A stretch of 63,943 bases of DNA, filler included, from Octopus bimaculoides (taxonomy: Eukaryota): assembly GCF_001194135.2 (NCBI RefSeq). It is 6 parts of 6 records of this genome, joined end to end, with 100 filler letters (N's around TTAATTAATTAA, not from the genome) between each part and the next. Parts side by side here need not be neighbours in the genome. Positions count along the whole stretch, not along the records: positions 16,316 to 38,699 come from NC_068999.1; 5 more parts are not named here. One strand, 5' to 3'. The position numbers were made by a program, and so were the translations under genes. This document shows, in pieces, positions 24,301-36,426 of the stretch (its first letter is position 1; each line of letters begins with the position of its first letter). Below the pieces are notes generated by a model, which made no database searches, had not been told where the DNA came from, and saw only the letters and a list, made by a program, of their open reading frames with translations.

Positions 24301-25257
24301 AAGAGCATTCTAGTTAGCACCCCTAGAACACAAGCAGAGGCAGGATGCTCATGCAGGGACCACAGCAGATGCCCAGTGAGAGGTCACTGCGAAACCAAGA
24401 GAGTCGTCTATGAAGCTGAGGTACTGGTGACACTAATAGCAGCAGCAACATCAGCAGCTCCCCCAATGGCCACTACAGTAGCAGGGACGACAGTACCAAT
24501 AGTAGCAGCAAGAGAGAACAGAACCAGTGATAACAACATTAACACCATCAACGACAGTAATGGCAGTATCCCTAACGGCAGCAGCAACGACAGCAGCTTC
24601 CCCAACGGCTACTACTGTAGCAGGCTCGACAGTTCCAATATTAGCAGCAGCAGAGACACGAGCAGAATCATCGGCAGCACCATCGCCAGCGAGAACAACT
24701 ATAAAAACAACGACAGCAATGGCAGTATCCCTAACGGAAATACCAGCAGAGCCATCGCCAGTGATATTTATAATAGCTGTGACAACGCCTCCATCAACGA
24801 CGATGACCATAACAACAGCACCATTATCAACACCATCGCCACCTCTAATGTCGCCAACACCAGACACAGCACAGCCAATAGCCGACCACGGAGATACTTT
24901 GGTTGCTCCGGTAACACAGTCAAACAATGCCTCTCCAACCACAGATCCTCCTTCTGTATACTGTATACTGGAATGGAGATACGTTACGTCACTAGCTAGC
25001 CATGTACGGCAGCTGAAAGACGACAGGATTCTATACACAATAGCTTGGAGTATCCTAGAAAATCCAGGCCCTACATAAACAGGGCCATGCATTGTAAACT
25101 ATGCATAGCGGAACGGACAAGAATTCTAAAAGACTTCTTCGACCCGGGGAACATCCTTAATTCCAGAACGGAGGTCTTCGGACCGTGCTTGTATTTCAGG
25201 AAATTCCTGCTGGCCTATTGGGACCCACAAGATAACAGGATCACTAGTGATGGATAG
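24301..25257 (+). pseudogene. PLE linker + GIY-YIG endonuclease coding region with two frameshifts
   Basis: The frame is open from about 24170 to 24999. A 7-nt tandem duplication (tgtatac x2, about 24954-24967) and a 1-nt deletion near 25070 (relative to the left copy) shift the frame. The last segment ends at 25257. Confidence 0.75.
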
Positions 25258-25347
25258 CCAAAGGAAGACAATCTCCTGTTGTTGACAGAGAGTGGTGAGG
25301 TCCTTTCCTCCTCCATATTCTAGAGAGGCCTTAAACCAACAGGTTTT

Positions 25348-25404
25348 GGGATCTGATGAAACGCCATAAAGCTAAGTGCTTTATGGACATGAAACCCATT
25401 CCCC
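25348..25404 (+). ncRNA. Degenerate hammerhead motif at the 3' end of the right PLE arm
   Basis: GGGAT-CTGATGA-A-ACGCCATAAAG...CTTTATGGACAT-GAAA-CCCA. The GGGTA segment with the cleavage site is deleted relative to the left copy. Confidence 0.55.
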
Positions 25405-26684
25405 TTTGATATAATTAGTTTTCGAATTTTAAAAGTTGGCATTTTTTTTATTGCCGACGAGGAGCTGCACCTGCGCAGTAGATCTGAAAAATTAGGATGT
25501 GTAAACAAGAGGCATGGAATTGATTATCTCGCGTTTATATATTTTAGTCATTGGTGTACCTCTTGAAAACGACTTCACCTAGCAAATTATCTTATTTGCT
25601 AGACTAAAGTCAGAAACCAATTGGTCCAGGAAAAGAGATGGTAAAAGTTTTTATTTTTCATTTCGTTCCTTTCGGGATTTTATCCCTAATTTTGTGGTTC
25701 TAGAACCTAGCTGTTCTTTCTAGCGCGAGGAATCTCATGAGTGGATTTCTCTTATGTATTTNNNNNNNNNNNNNNNNNNNNNNNNNNNNNNNNNNNNNNN
25801 NNNNNNNNNNNNNNNNNNNNNNNNNNNNNNNNNNNNNNNNNNNNNNNNNNNNNNNNNNNNNNNNNNNNNNNNNNNNNNNNNNNNNNNNNNNNNNNNNNNN
25901 NNNNNNNNNNNNNNNNNNNNNNNNNNNNNNNNNNNNNNNNNNNNNNNNNNNNNNNNNNNNNNNNNNNNNNNNNNNNNNNNNNNNNNNNNNNNNNNNNNNN
26001 NNNNNNNNNNNNNNNNNNNNNNNNNNNNNNNNNNNNNNNNNNNNNNNNNNNNNNNNNNNNNNNNNNNNNNNNNNNNNNNNNNNNNNNNNNNNNNNNNNNN
26101 NNNNNNNNNNNNNNNNNNNNNNNNNNNNNNNNNNNNNNNNNNNNNNNNNNNNNNNNNNNNNNCAGGCACCTCACCTCAAAGAAATCTATTCCATGTGCGT
26201 CACAAATAGTCCCGTATGAAAAAAAGTTCCGTGTCGAACTGGATTACGGTTTAGCCATCTAACTTAGAGATATCAAATATAAAATATACAAGAATAAGGG
26301 CAGAGAATCGTCAATTAATAATAGAATTAATAATTAACAATTCTGCCAAGTAGTTCAGTATGAAAAAAACCTTTATCGGTAAGACTATTTATCATTATAA
26401 ATATACAGGGATTAGCAATTGAGTTGCTTCTCCAACATACTGAAAATTTAGAAATAGCAGTCAAAGAACTACTGATTCCAAACTACAAATTTTCTCCAAA
26501 GTGGATGGCGATATTTATGGCACACATACAGTAATGTCCGTACCCACTTCATCATGGCTGTCTGTTCGAACGGACTTTACTGCGACTTTTTTTAACCCCA
26601 AGAAGACATTTCCCTTAGCTGGTTGACGATGCACAGCTGCATCCGAGATATTGCCAGTAGGGGAGCTATTCCCCTCACAAGGTT

Positions 26685-26790
26685 TTGGTCAGCCCGAAGC
26701 TACAGAAGACAATTGCCCTAGGTGCCACGCAGTGGGACTGAACCCGGAGCCATATGGTTAGGAAGCGAACATCTTATCGCACAGGCATAT
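26685..26790 (-). mobile_element. SINE family A 5' fragment
   Basis: ctaggtgccacgcagtgggactgaacccggagccatatgg. Confidence 0.7.
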
Positions 26791-27216
26791 ACATTACATG
26801 CATGCATGCATCCATCCATCCATCCATCCATCCATCCATCCATCCATACATACATACATACATACATACCTGTTGTTGATGCTGAAATTCCAATGAAGGA
26901 ACCTTGTATCTAGGCTAGAAGCAGGTTCTTTCTCTATTAGCAAGAAATCTTGAAATAAACTGAATAATGACATACATACATATATGCCTACATATATACG
27001 TGATTGGTTGCAATTTTCATTCAAAAGACAAAGAATATTCAGTTAAGAAGACAGTGCTGAGGGTTTATAATACAGTTTCGAGTGATGGTGGTAATTTCTT
27101 AGTTTCTGTAGATACGCGCGTTATGGATTAAGTCGAACACTACCCCCAGTAGGTTGCTACAGAATTCCTAAGTGCAAAGCACTTCAGATAAAAATAAATA
27201 CAAAACTAGGTCATTT

Positions 27217-27271
<55 letters not shown>

Positions 27272-27587
27272 ACGTACGTATGTATGTATGTATCCTCAGA
27301 GTGTAAGTTATTAGTTCAGGGACCATTATAAAAATCGGAAATATATTTCGAGTTATAAATCGATATATAGGTAGACAGACAGACAGAAGGACAGAAAGAC
27401 AGAAAGACAGGCAGACATCAGACAGATCGATCAATCGATAGTTAGATAGATTGAAAGAAGGAAATAAAGATAGATAGATACATACATATATACATACATA
27501 CATACATACATACATACGCACACACATATATATGTATATATGCAGAGACAGACAGAGAGACAGAGACAGACAGTCAGACAGACAGAC

Positions 27588-27648
<61 letters not shown>

Positions 27649-28735
27649 TTAATCGAAGGATACAATATTATATATTCACCACAGCCGAGCTTATCAATCG
27701 GTTTCGCACTAGGGGTTCAGCAGGATGGTAGATAAGAGCCCATTTATACAAACCTACGCTCTTCAGTGATAGCAGTTATGAAAGAAAATTTTACGGGTAT
27801 ATTTTCTACCATAAGATATTTTCTTCAAATATCTATAGAAAGAGATAAATTATTAGTTCTAAATCTCATATGTGTGTGTATGTAGGTATGTATGTCTGCA
27901 TATACATATGTATGTGTGTATGTTTGTGTGCGTATTTGTGTGTGTGTGTTTGTGTGTGTGTGTGTATGTACTTATGTATGTATGCGTGCATACACACAGA
28001 AATAGATAAAGATTTAGATAGATAGATACATACATACATACATGTATACGCATATACACATAAACATTAATATGGCTGTTTTAAATCTGAGTGATTGTCT
28101 ATCCACAGCATGAGAAAAACAGTTAACATGCAAAAAAAATGGTAAAGTAGAGAACGCTTGTGTAATTACTCTGTAAAGGAAGGAAATGAAATATACGTTT
28201 TAGACTGTTGTCCTGTTTCACCAAAGAAGGAACGAAAAAAATGTTAAAGGTAAATGTAATGAACAATTAGCAATAAAGCATGCTGGAATGTAGGACAGGA
28301 ATACGGTAGAGTTTATGGTTTCCAACTGAGAAAAGTGTGGCAACACTAAGAGAAACAAGGCTGTGGAGTGTAGCGAAAAATATGTGGGGGTTTTTTATGT
28401 TTGTGTTGTGTGTGTGTGTGTGTATGTGTGTGTGTGTCTATATCTGTTTGCGTGCATGTGTGTACGTGCATGTGTGTGTGTGCAAGTGTGTGTGTGTAAA
28501 AGGGGGTAAATTGCAGGTGCCGGTATTTTTAGGTATATATATGTATTTCTGTGTGCGTGAGAGATAGCATGAGCGTGTGAGGAATGCAAGTCAAATATCA
28601 ATAACAGCCTGAGTATGTTTCATCGAAAGGCTTAATTGTTGTGCACGACAAAGCCGGAAAACCGGAGCTCTGTTTGCATAATCAGAGAAATAGCAAGGTG
28701 CGAGTGGGATATATAAATGTATGTGTATACATACA

Positions 28736-28766
<31 letters not shown>

Positions 28767-29482
28767 GCGCGCACACACATACACACACATATATGTGCAT
28801 ATTGGTCTGTTTATATGCACACATGTATACACACACACGTATTCTTATACTGACTTGTCTGTATCTGTATTGCATATGCCTGTGAGAGATAATCTACGAC
28901 CTCAGTATATGCATGTAGCGAGTCTAAATTATCACACATAACCAGTGAAAATAATAATGTTTTCATTGATGTGTCAATATTCCATTCACTAACGTTAACT
29001 GTTTTGGTTTCTACTACTTTATTAAAGTTTCAAGCACTTATCTAAATACATACAGAATCAATTGATGTTCTACTGTTTATATGAAAAGAACGGAAGATGT
29101 ATTGTTCACCATTTTCATAATATGCTCTAAAACACAGTTATATATATAATATCGGAGAAAAATATGAAATTGAAGTTTATTATTTTCCTGATTCCGTTAG
29201 TTTGATATCACTTTCTTCTCTGAAATATAGCATTAACAGAAGTTAAGATACTGTATGTATGATGCAATATCAAACTATATTATACTGTACGGTTTTATAA
29301 AGTCTATTCCTCCGATGTCAACTTTGATTTCCATTATTCCGCGGTCGATAAAATGAAGTATTATTAAGTATAAAACATAACGCATAATATAAAGTATAAT
29401 ACATAACACATCAGAATTATAAATAATATAGGACATTATATATATGTCATATAACTTAGGATGACCTATATCACAACATACT

Positions 29483-29866
29483 TTACTTTTACTTACTTTT
29501 ATTTGTTTCAGTCATTTGACTGCGGCTATGCTGGAGCACCACCTTTAGTCGAGCAAATCGACCCCAGGACTTATTCTTTGTAAGTCTAGTGCTTATTCTA
29601 TCGGTCTCTACCCGAACCGCTAAGTTATGGGGATGTAAACACACCAGCGATGTTGGGGGGACAAACACAGACACACAAACATATGCATACATATATATAT
29701 ATATACATACAACGGGCTTGTTTCAGTTTCCGTCTACCAAATCCACTGACAAGGTTTTGGTCGGCCCGAGGCTACAGTAGAAAGCACTTGCCCAAGGTGC
29801 CACGCAATGGAACTGAACCCGGTACCATGTGATTGGTAAGCAAGCTACTTACCACACACCCACTGC
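29483..29866 (-). mobile_element. Full-length SINE family A
   Basis: Collinear with 2131-2533 from tail to head. Confidence 0.85.
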
Positions 29867-30229
29867 TGTAACTTGATACAACACCTGTACGAAGAAGACG
29901 GAAATCCATTTGGGATTTTTGACAAACAAAATTTTTATTCTTCCCATAAACAAAAAGCAAATATTGTCCTTACTATGAACAAAAAAACGTCGAGAGAGTT
30001 TGAATGTTATTGTTCTTGGTGTAATTGTAATAGTAGTTAAAATGTAATTAGTTGATGCTGGTGTTGCTGTTATTGTTTAGCTAGTGTCAGCATGGGTTAG
30101 CATCTATCCGCGTCTGTTCGCCGCCGGTGTGCCGTCTCGTCTCTGCTATCTCGTAATGCTCTTTCTTAAGTAACTATGGTGTGCTGAATTTATAGTGCTG
30201 AAGAAGTCGAGAGAGAAAAGTGCGGAAAG

Positions 30230-30272
30230 ATGGAATTATTGCTGGAACCTGTTCTAGGCGAAGTCATGAATG
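30230..30272 (+). CDS. Candidate first coding exon (MELLLEPVLGEVMN, phase-1 end), unknown gene
   Basis: ATG in AAGATGG context downstream of a CpG-rich unique stretch (30100-30150); donor ATG|GTTAGT. No homology recognised. Confidence 0.3.
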
Positions 30273-31261
30273 GTTAGTTTTTTTTTTGTTTTTTTTTTAT
30301 CATGTCGGTTATTTTCTAGCGAATCGCGACATCGGATATAATGATTTGATTGATGAATATTCCCGCTGCACACCCAATAAGAAATGATATGACATTGCAG
30401 TCTGTATTAACCTCACTGCATTATGTCGACTTTGTTTACGTTGAAGTGGATACTGGTGAAATAGTAGGACTCATTTTGTTCAAAATACAGAAAAATCAAC
30501 GTTATCCACTGTTCTGCTGACTCCTTCTATTGAAGTTAACGAACGAAATGAATATATTTTGATACAAAGTATTTGTTTTGGTGACGAGATACAGTCGATT
30601 ACATTTCGGTCTCTGGTTGGTTTTTGTTTACTGATCTCGGAGTTCAAATCCCACTAAAATCAACCTTAGCGGGATTTGATCTTAGAACCTAAAGGGGCTA
30701 AATTATGTCCGATGCTCTACTGATTTTAATCCGTTTCCAGGTAGTAATGTTTACTCTCAATTTCGGGTAAGCATTTCGCCTTTATTACTAAAGATCCGTT
30801 AAATGAGATACCAGTAATATATAAGGATTGATTCATTTGAATATTTCAGGCTTTTCCTTTACCGATGAAACAACCAATAGTTTTGTTTGTGTGTTGTGTT
30901 ATATTTTAAAGCTTACCTGGTATAATATTATCATGTGATCGATCTGCATCAGATTGCTATTGGGTTGAACCCCACCATTTAGATCAGTCACCGATTAGAT
31001 CAATAATGTCTTCAGGAATAGCATGAACAATTTCAATGAGATTTATAGAGTTTTATGTTATCACGAGGACAACATGAGCTATTTCTTATCCCGTATATTT
31101 TGTATGGAATCTAAGCAGATACCAAAGCTCTGGATTAATGTTTGAAATAAAAGTGATAATACACTTAGCCTTCTCCACGCATTACAGCTTAGAAGAAGCA
31201 TTTTAATATTGAAATCAGTACGTGCCATTCGATTACATCGATATTATTTTAATCCTAACAG

Positions 31262-31353
31262 AGTATGGATTTATTCGCTCTGCTTCACAAGTACATCAAA
31301 TGAAGAACCAGTTAAGAATGATTCGGAACTTTGTAGCAGCACCTGTCTTCAAA
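31262..31353 (+). CDS. Candidate internal exon (EYGFIRSASQVHQMKNQLRMIRNFVAAPVFK)
   Basis: Acceptor ttattttaatcctaacAG, donor AAA|GTTAGG, open and phase-compatible with 30230-30272. Confidence 0.3.
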
Positions 31354-31903
31354 GTTAGGCGTGTTTTTTTTTTAAATAGATCTATTCTTATGGAGACACA
31401 GTATGACTGTAGTGTGATAACTAATAACAACATTTCACTGTCTTTAGGGACCCAGGATAAAGTCAGGAGCTAAGAAGAGAAGGAGGGAGGATTGCCAAAA
31501 GATTGAGTGGTTGATTTTTAGGTTTTCCAAACGATTTGTATTACTATCTTCCTGTAGTTGTTCCTTTACTTTCAAAGCAAAATTATGTGTGTGCATGTAC
31601 ACACGCGCTCATAAACATATATACACACAGAAATATGCGCTTAAACATAACTATGCATATATGCATGAACTGAAACAAACTAAAATAAGCCGTTTATACT
31701 CATTTAGTATCAACGGTATTGAACCCGAAAGGAGGAAGTAGTAGCTAGAAGGTACAGAGATCGTTGTGACCTCGAATCGAACGCTGAAGAAAGGAATATT
31801 TCAATATGCAAACTGAATGTGAAATTATATATTAGGCCAGAAAATATACAAGTATATGTACAATATACGTATATGTGTGCGTGTGTGTGTGTGTGTGTGT
31901 GTG

Positions 31904-31957
<54 letters not shown>

Positions 31958-32000
31958 NNNNNNNNNNNNNNNNGTATATATATGTACATCTATTTATCTA

Positions 32001-32039
<39 letters not shown>

Positions 32040-32637
32040 CATATTACTTAATCACATAATATATCAAATTTGCGAGGAAAATCAATTACGCTAGCCATTT
32101 AGCACAAATACTCAACTCCCTATACAGTCACATTGTAACACAGCTACATTTCTTCAGAGGAATCCAGGAAATGCCGGCAGCAAGTTTCCGTCAGAATGAT
32201 AACACACGCACTATGCACACGTACACAGTCATACATGCATTCATGCATACATATACAACTGCATACGTAGAGACAATACATATACATACATATATATATA
32301 CATATATGTGTGTGTATGTACTACAAATTCATACACAGGGGCGCACACATATCTGTCCATACATACAGACATGCATACATGCTTGTATATATACGTACAT
32401 ATGCATGCAATTTATAAACTGAAAGACACTGACATATGGAAACTCATGTATATGTATGTGAAAATTGTTTGGATGGTCGTAAATAAACTCTGAACAATAG
32501 AATCACCAACACATTCTCCCACACATATTCTTATTTACATACATTCCTGTATATATACAAGGACATGCACGTACATGCACAATTATACACAGAGTATTGT
32601 ATTTAAGTATACGCGTAAATGTATGTCTTTATATATT

Positions 32638-32671
<34 letters not shown>

Positions 32672-32935
32672 CACATATATACGTGTGCATACATGCGTGT
32701 ATCTGTATACTTGTTTATATTCAAAGATTTGCAATGTGACTTATGCGCCTACACACATATAGACGTGCGCAATCGCATGCGCAGACAAACACCCACTACA
32801 CATGAGCAAACAGTGTACAAGTTCCACATAGTCACACATTGCGTAGACATATTTCTATATATTTACTTATAGAATAAATCATTCTCTTATTCCCTTTTAT
32901 TATACTCAATTCTTCACATACACAATTGAACATTG

Positions 32936-32990
<55 letters not shown>

Positions 32991-33704
32991 AACAGCGACA
33001 CATACACACATCACACATACACACGCACACACACATATATTTAAGACTTTCACCTGTTCACACGCGTACATCCGTCTAGTCATCAGTAGAGTTGTACATG
33101 AAAATATAACAGAAAACAACATTCAAAATTACTAAAAGTTATCTCAGTTTTAACAAATGATCATTGCAAGGAATAACTATTTTTTATGGCGCATGCTTAT
33201 GTTAATGTAATTCTATGAGATCAACCGGAAATCTCTAAGCATGATTCGTTTTGTTGTTTGATTCATCTTCTGGAGAATTTCATCATGAACGAATGTATGT
33301 CCAAATCGTTATTTATTTATATATGTGGAGCGATAGAATAGTGGAATCCCTAGAAAACTAGTTAGAATGTCTTGCAGTATTTTCTTTTCACCCTCTCCAT
33401 ATTAATTGTTCAAATTTTGCTGAGGTCGACAATTTCTTTTTCATTCTTCCTAGGTCTATAAAAACAATGTTACTCGTAATCAACAAACGTTCTTTACCAT
33501 AGAAAATGGCTGATACAATGACAATATAAGAAATCTTAGTGATACGAAGTCAAATTTGCTTCCACCGGTGGAGTATAATTTTATAGTACAGAGTTGCATT
33601 AATTGCCCAGTGCATATTGATATTAAACTCAGGCGTCGCTGTGTGGTAGGCACAGGCGTCGCTGTGTGGTAAGAAGCTCGCTTCCCTTTGCTACCGCGCA
33701 TGCG

Positions 33705-36080
33705 TGATTGTCAGTGTTTGTTGAAGCGCTGAAAGTAGTAGCCATGCTAGTTTGTAGCGTGGCGAATTAAGTGATGCTCAACTGCAAGGTAAGACTATTT
33801 TCATTCCAGTGAGGACTTGTTGTTTGTTGTAATATTTTTGTGCAAGCAAGGATTCTGTACTCTGGTCTGCCTGCAGTTGGGAAAAATTTGTTCACTTTAA
33901 GTGAATAGTTTTTCTCACTTAATTGTGAGAATTATTGTGTTGGGGGGGTATCTCGCCTCCAAAAATAGTTGAACTTCACCAATTTTTGTGAAATTTGTCG
34001 AAGTGGTGTTCCAGTCGTTGTGTTNNNNNNNNNNNNNNNNNNNNNNNNNNNNNNNNNNNNNNNNNNNNNNNNNNNNNNNNNNNNNNNNNNNNNNNNNNNN
34101 NNNNNNNNNNNNNNNNNNNNNNNNNNNNNNNNNNNNNNNNNNNNNNNNNNNNNNNNNNGGGGGGGTATCTCGCCTCCAAAAATAGTTGAACTTCACCAAT
34201 TTTTGTGAAATTTGTGGAAGCCCGTTCCAGTCGCTGTGTTCCAGTTTCGATTTGGATTACTTGGATTACCTAGTGCCCAGAGAATTTGTGTAAGCAATTT
34301 GTCAACATTAAGTGAATAGTTTTTCTCAATTAATTGTGAGAAATTTTGGGCGGCGTATCTCGCCTCCAAAAATAGTTGAACTTCACCAATTTTTGTGAAA
34401 TTTGTCGAAGTGGTGTTCCAGTCGTTGTGTTCCGGCTTCGATTTGGATTACCAACAGGCCTGGATTACCTAGTGGCCGGAGAAAGTGTGTAAGCTGTGTT
34501 TTTTGAACTGTTGAACAGTTTTCTTTCTTTCTTTCGTCTACCCTTTTGTGACTTTCTTTTCTTGAACTGTTATCTTTTCTCTTCCTTCGTTTTTTTGTTG
34601 TGACTTTCTTTTTTTGGAATTTTTTCTTGAATTGCTTTCTGTCTTTTTCTTACAAAAAACATGACGAAGAAACAGGACACTGTCTTAGTGTGGGAAATTA
34701 ACCCACCCAAAGAATGGGTGACTGATTTGGAAAGAAGGACGGTGGTTCTAAGGACTTATTCAAAGTCCTTGGATACCATTGTCCCCTTTCCGAAATAGAA
34801 AAGGAGCTGGCGGAGCACATGCCGGAGATAAAGCATATCGCCGGGGTTTCCAAATATGCAACTATATGGTTACTGTTCGGAGCCACGGAGACGGCATGTA
34901 AGTTCGCCAGCCAGACCCTGGAAGGGGAAAAAATTTGTTTCTCCCCTCATATTGTGGGAGAAAATGTAAGCGGGCATTCGTATACGGGTTTCCACTGGGT
35001 TTAAAAGAGCGTTGGTTGGCCGAAACCATCCAAAATGGACTTGGTGGCACCAAAGATACTAAATTATTAAACGTAAAATNNNNNNNNNNNNNNNNNNNNN
35101 NNNNNNNNNNNNNNNNNNNNNNNNNNNNNNNNNNNNNNNATGACAGTCTGGTCTTTCCAGAATACTTGACCATGGAAGGATCTAGGTATCCTGTGATCCT
35201 GGAGGGATGACCCCCCCCCAAGTTTCACGGATGCCTGGAGCATGGCCATTTGAAGAAGGATTGTCGCCGGGACATGAAAGTGTCCCAGGAGCGGACACCC
35301 ATTAAAAAAAAGTAGTCCTGCTCTGCAGGAAAAAAAAATGAGGCGGTAGCCCCAACAGAAAGAAGTAAAAGGAGAAAAGCGGGCATTAATAGTAGCCCGC
35401 CGAAACCTCAAACAAATGTAGAGTTGGAAGAGGGATTGAGTCCCCCGGGTAAACCGGAGGACACTTCCTCTCCCACCGGAAAAAAGAAAAAGAAAAAAGA
35501 GAAAAAGGTACCAATGGATGTTGAGCCACCGCCGGTGGGAATTGTGCCGCCGACGGTGGAAGGATCTATCTCTTCTCCGGAGGATGAAGAAACGTTGGTC
35601 TTTTTCTATAGAGGGAGAGAGGCAGAAAAGGTATTAAAAGAATATCCTAAGGGAGAAACTATGGCCTGCATGTGGGATCCCGAATGGCCTCCGCAGATAG
35701 CTGCGGAGGCCACAACGTGGGGCATAACACAAGAGCTACTTGACATCAGAGAAATGTGTTACTTGGAACCGGGCGACGCCGACACGCCAGTCAATGTGTG
35801 CTTAGAGAGGTCGTGGGTGCTAGCCTAAATCGGTCACAGGGATGAGGAGGGTTATACATGAAAGGCGAAAAAGCCTCAGTGATATATACCACGAACACTA
35901 TGAACATTTGTAAGAGGCTTGTTGCCTCATAAAAAAGAACAATGTTTTCGGGGATCAGCAATCGGCGGGCGTTGCTGTTTCCCCCCCCCCCCCATTCATT
36001 ATTATCACCTTCATTACACATACCATTATGTCTTTGTCCAGCCCGCAGCTTCTTTCTTTTCTTTTTCTTTCCTTCTGTGT
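33705..36080 (+). mobile_element. 5' half of a Tx1/L1-like LINE: tandem 5' UTR monomers + disrupted ORF1
   Basis: At least three monomers of about 190 bp (33897-34500), then ATG at 34661: MTKKQDTVLVWEINPPKEWVTDLERRTVVLRTYS..., frameshifted RRM-like segment (CKRAFVYGFPLGL), zinc-knuckle remnant KFHGCLEHGHLKKDC (35220-35264), and a Lys/Pro/Glu-rich tail ending at 35828. No ORF2 follows. Confidence 0.7.
33897..34500 (+). repeat. Tandem repeat of about 190 bp, at least three units
   Basis: tatctcgcctccaaaaatagttgaacttcaccaatttttgtgaaatttg recurs at 33949, 34166 and 34356; the first interval spans a gap. Confidence 0.9.
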
Positions 36081-36262
36081 AAGGCCTTATGGCCAATTTC
36101 AATGAAATAAAGAAGCTTGTCTCCCAACCACTTAGTTCCGAGTTCAGTCCTACTGCATGGTACCGTTTGCAAGTGTCTTCTACTATAGCCTCGGACCGAC
36201 CAAAGAATTGTTGGTGGATTTGGTAGAGAGAAACTGAAAGAAGCCCGTCATGCATGTATGTG

Positions 36263-36344
<82 letters not shown>

Positions 36345-36426
36345 TGTGTGTGTGTGTGTGTGTGTGTGCATGTATGTATGTGTGCATGTATGTATGTATG
36401 TATGGATGGATGGATGGATGGATATA

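Larger units (their letters stand above)
23485..25410 (+). mobile_element. 5'-truncated Penelope-like retroelement (C-terminal GIY-YIG, probably Hydra-type) with an inverted, internally deleted copy on the left
   Basis: Plus strand from about 24100: RRKRRRNII*F..LNVKSSVGRIFLKLIDEHF..YSRIFNKHNFRVPFNCTPNIKSIL..GCSCRDHSRCPVRGHCETKRVVYEAEV...RRYFGCSGNTVKQCLSNHRSSF..TSLASHVRQLK..IAWSIL..HCKLCIAE..ILNSRTEVFGPC..RKFLL. This is the RT-thumb/linker/GIY-YIG pattern of PLEs. Positions 23485-24043 are a reverse-complement copy. The clade name is inference. Confidence 0.85.

Noticed and set aside
24451-25092. 213-aa minus-strand ORF over the PLE insert
   Set aside because: Antisense shadow of a low-complexity repeat; the conserved motifs are on the plus strand.
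25570-25615. Hairpin gacttcacctagcaaat/atttgctagactaaagtc
   Set aside because: Lacks hammerhead core boxes and a Helitron CTRR end, and there is no evidence for a miRNA.
26490-26560. Minus-strand ATGATGA...stem...GAAA near a dispersed repeat
   Set aside because: The first core base is wrong and the spacing between stem II and GAAA is non-canonical.
31765-31830. CTGAAGA...GAAA on plus
   Set aside because: No pairing for stems I-III.
33897-34500. Regularly spaced repeats as a possible CRISPR array
   Set aside because: The whole 190-bp unit repeats with no unique spacers, the context is eukaryotic, there are no cas genes, and it sits in a LINE 5' UTR.
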